Assembly: GCF_004010195.1 (NCBI RefSeq)
Contig: NC_057719.1
Span: 55,159,077-55,223,076, forward strand
DNA from: Chiloscyllium plagiosum
Lineage: Eukaryota
Direction of reading: 5' to 3'
DNA length: 64,000 nt
Below the pieces are notes generated by a model. That model was given only the letters and a program-made list of their open reading frames with translations, was not told the origin of the DNA and ran no database searches. The number at the start of each line of letters is the position of its first letter. Within the stretch, counting starts at the first letter, position 1. Below are positions 62,888 to 64,000 of the stretch, one piece after another. Made by a program: the position numbers and the translations under genes.

Positions 62888-63693
62888 TGTAGTGATTGTA
62901 ACTAAGTTAGCTAGATGGACTTTATAGAATGTGAGTTCACTGATTGGAGCAGATTAACAGCCCCAATCAGGGAGCCCTGGCTGACAGATATAAACAGGAG
63001 TGTCTCCCCCTCCAACTCTATTTTGATTTAGTCCCTGCCCTCCCCTTCACTGTTCGATCACAGAAAAAAAAGAAATAAACAGGAGTGTTAGCATTGCCCT
63101 CTAAGAAGGGCACTGCTTGTCACCGGCCACTCGGGTGTTTCCTTTCTTCCTGGTGGTGGAAACTGAATAAAGATTCATGCACCTTGTGTCTCTCACTGTG
63201 TCTCACACCTGCACACACACACCATGGGTGCTGGGGAAAATAAGCACTACCACAGTTAGGTGGTAGTGAAAAAAATAGAAAAAAAAGAAAAAAAAAATAA
63301 ACAGGAGTGTCAGCATTGCCCTCTAAGAAGGGCACTGCTTGTCACTGGCCACATGGGTGTTTCCTTTCTTCCTAGTGCTGGATATTGAGTAAAGCTTTGT
63401 GCATCCTGTGTCTTTCACTGTGTCCCACACCTGTACACACATAATATGGGAGCTGGGGAAAATATAAGCACTACCGCAGTTAGGTGGTAGTGTGGGGGAA
63501 AGAAAAACGAAAAACAAAACAAAAACTTTGTTTCTTCTTTATTGTTTATTGAGATTTAAAAAAACAGGAGTATCAGAGGGTCCATTCACCCTGAGAGTTG
63601 GCTCTGAGAAAGCTAGACCAGCGTCAACTACTATGTACCATAATTAAAGGGTGACTTGGTAACAGGATACTGACCTCTATCAGAGTTAGTCCA
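62888..63693 (+). mobile_element. Solo Gypsy-type LTR interrupted at 63005-63561
   Basis: Starts TGTAGT; has CCAAT boxes (GATTGG 62942, CCAATC 62963), TATAAA (62989-62994) and an ATTAAA near 63643; ends ...CA at about 63693. Confidence 0.65.
63005..63561 (+). mobile_element. Tandem stack of three L1/Tx1-like 3' fragments
   Basis: The first begins with an ORF end SPSNSILI*; two approximately 205-bp 3'UTR copies (from 63090 and 63312) carry a terminal hairpin and A-rich tails; units are separated by (AT)AAACAGGAGTGT(C/T). Confidence 0.75.
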
Positions 63694-64000
63694 GACCTGC
63701 TCTGCTGAATGAAATAACTGTAAAATCAGTAATCCTATTTAGATATTATTACTCCCATCCCTGGTAATCAAGCTCACTATCACTGAAAGGTGGTGATATA
63801 TTTTAAAAAGATATGAAACAATTGCAAAGCTTGATTGATCAATGAAATTGGTTGAACACTCAGATTAAGATAGATGCAAATTTTATTGCCATGGAATTAG
63901 GTAATGAGATCAAATACAATAAAGTCATGCATTTAAGCTTCCATTTCTGCCCAAGGTGCTTAAAACTAATCTTTTTTCATGCTAATCTTCCTAATGGGTA

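Overview
Repeat-dense, apparently non-coding vertebrate DNA. The repeat content points to a cartilaginous fish (shark), which is an inference: HE1-type V-SINEs, several CR1-group LINEs, L2, Penelope-like elements (PLEs), Gypsy and Harbinger relics. I can support no intact host protein-coding gene; recognisable ORFs in the track are retroelement fragments, and the poly-X ORFs come from an 868-nt assembly gap (44647-45514). Main contents: a truncated LTR at the left edge, a nearly full-length CR1 (13.7-18.4 kb), a decayed Gypsy pol with nested LINE/SINE insertions (9-13.5 kb), a TE-poor AT-rich stretch (about 18.7-33 kb) with one exon-like island, a PLE with RT and GIY-YIG domains (37.4-38.9 kb), many short PLE tails carrying minimal hammerhead-ribozyme motifs (several as fold-back insertions with target-site duplications, TSDs), and a solo LTR interrupted by a tandem stack of Tx1-like 3' ends. 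The most unusual signals are: (1) three independent local inverted copies of nearby unique DNA (about 135, 218 and 242 bp), two of them lying inside copies of the same LINE family; (2) a 13-15 bp LTR motif beside the TATA box that recurs four times between stacked Tx1 tails; (3) a triplicated 39-bp PLE coding segment at a 5' insertion junction. All alignments were done by eye, so boundaries of old repeats are approximate and family names come from motif recognition, not database searches.
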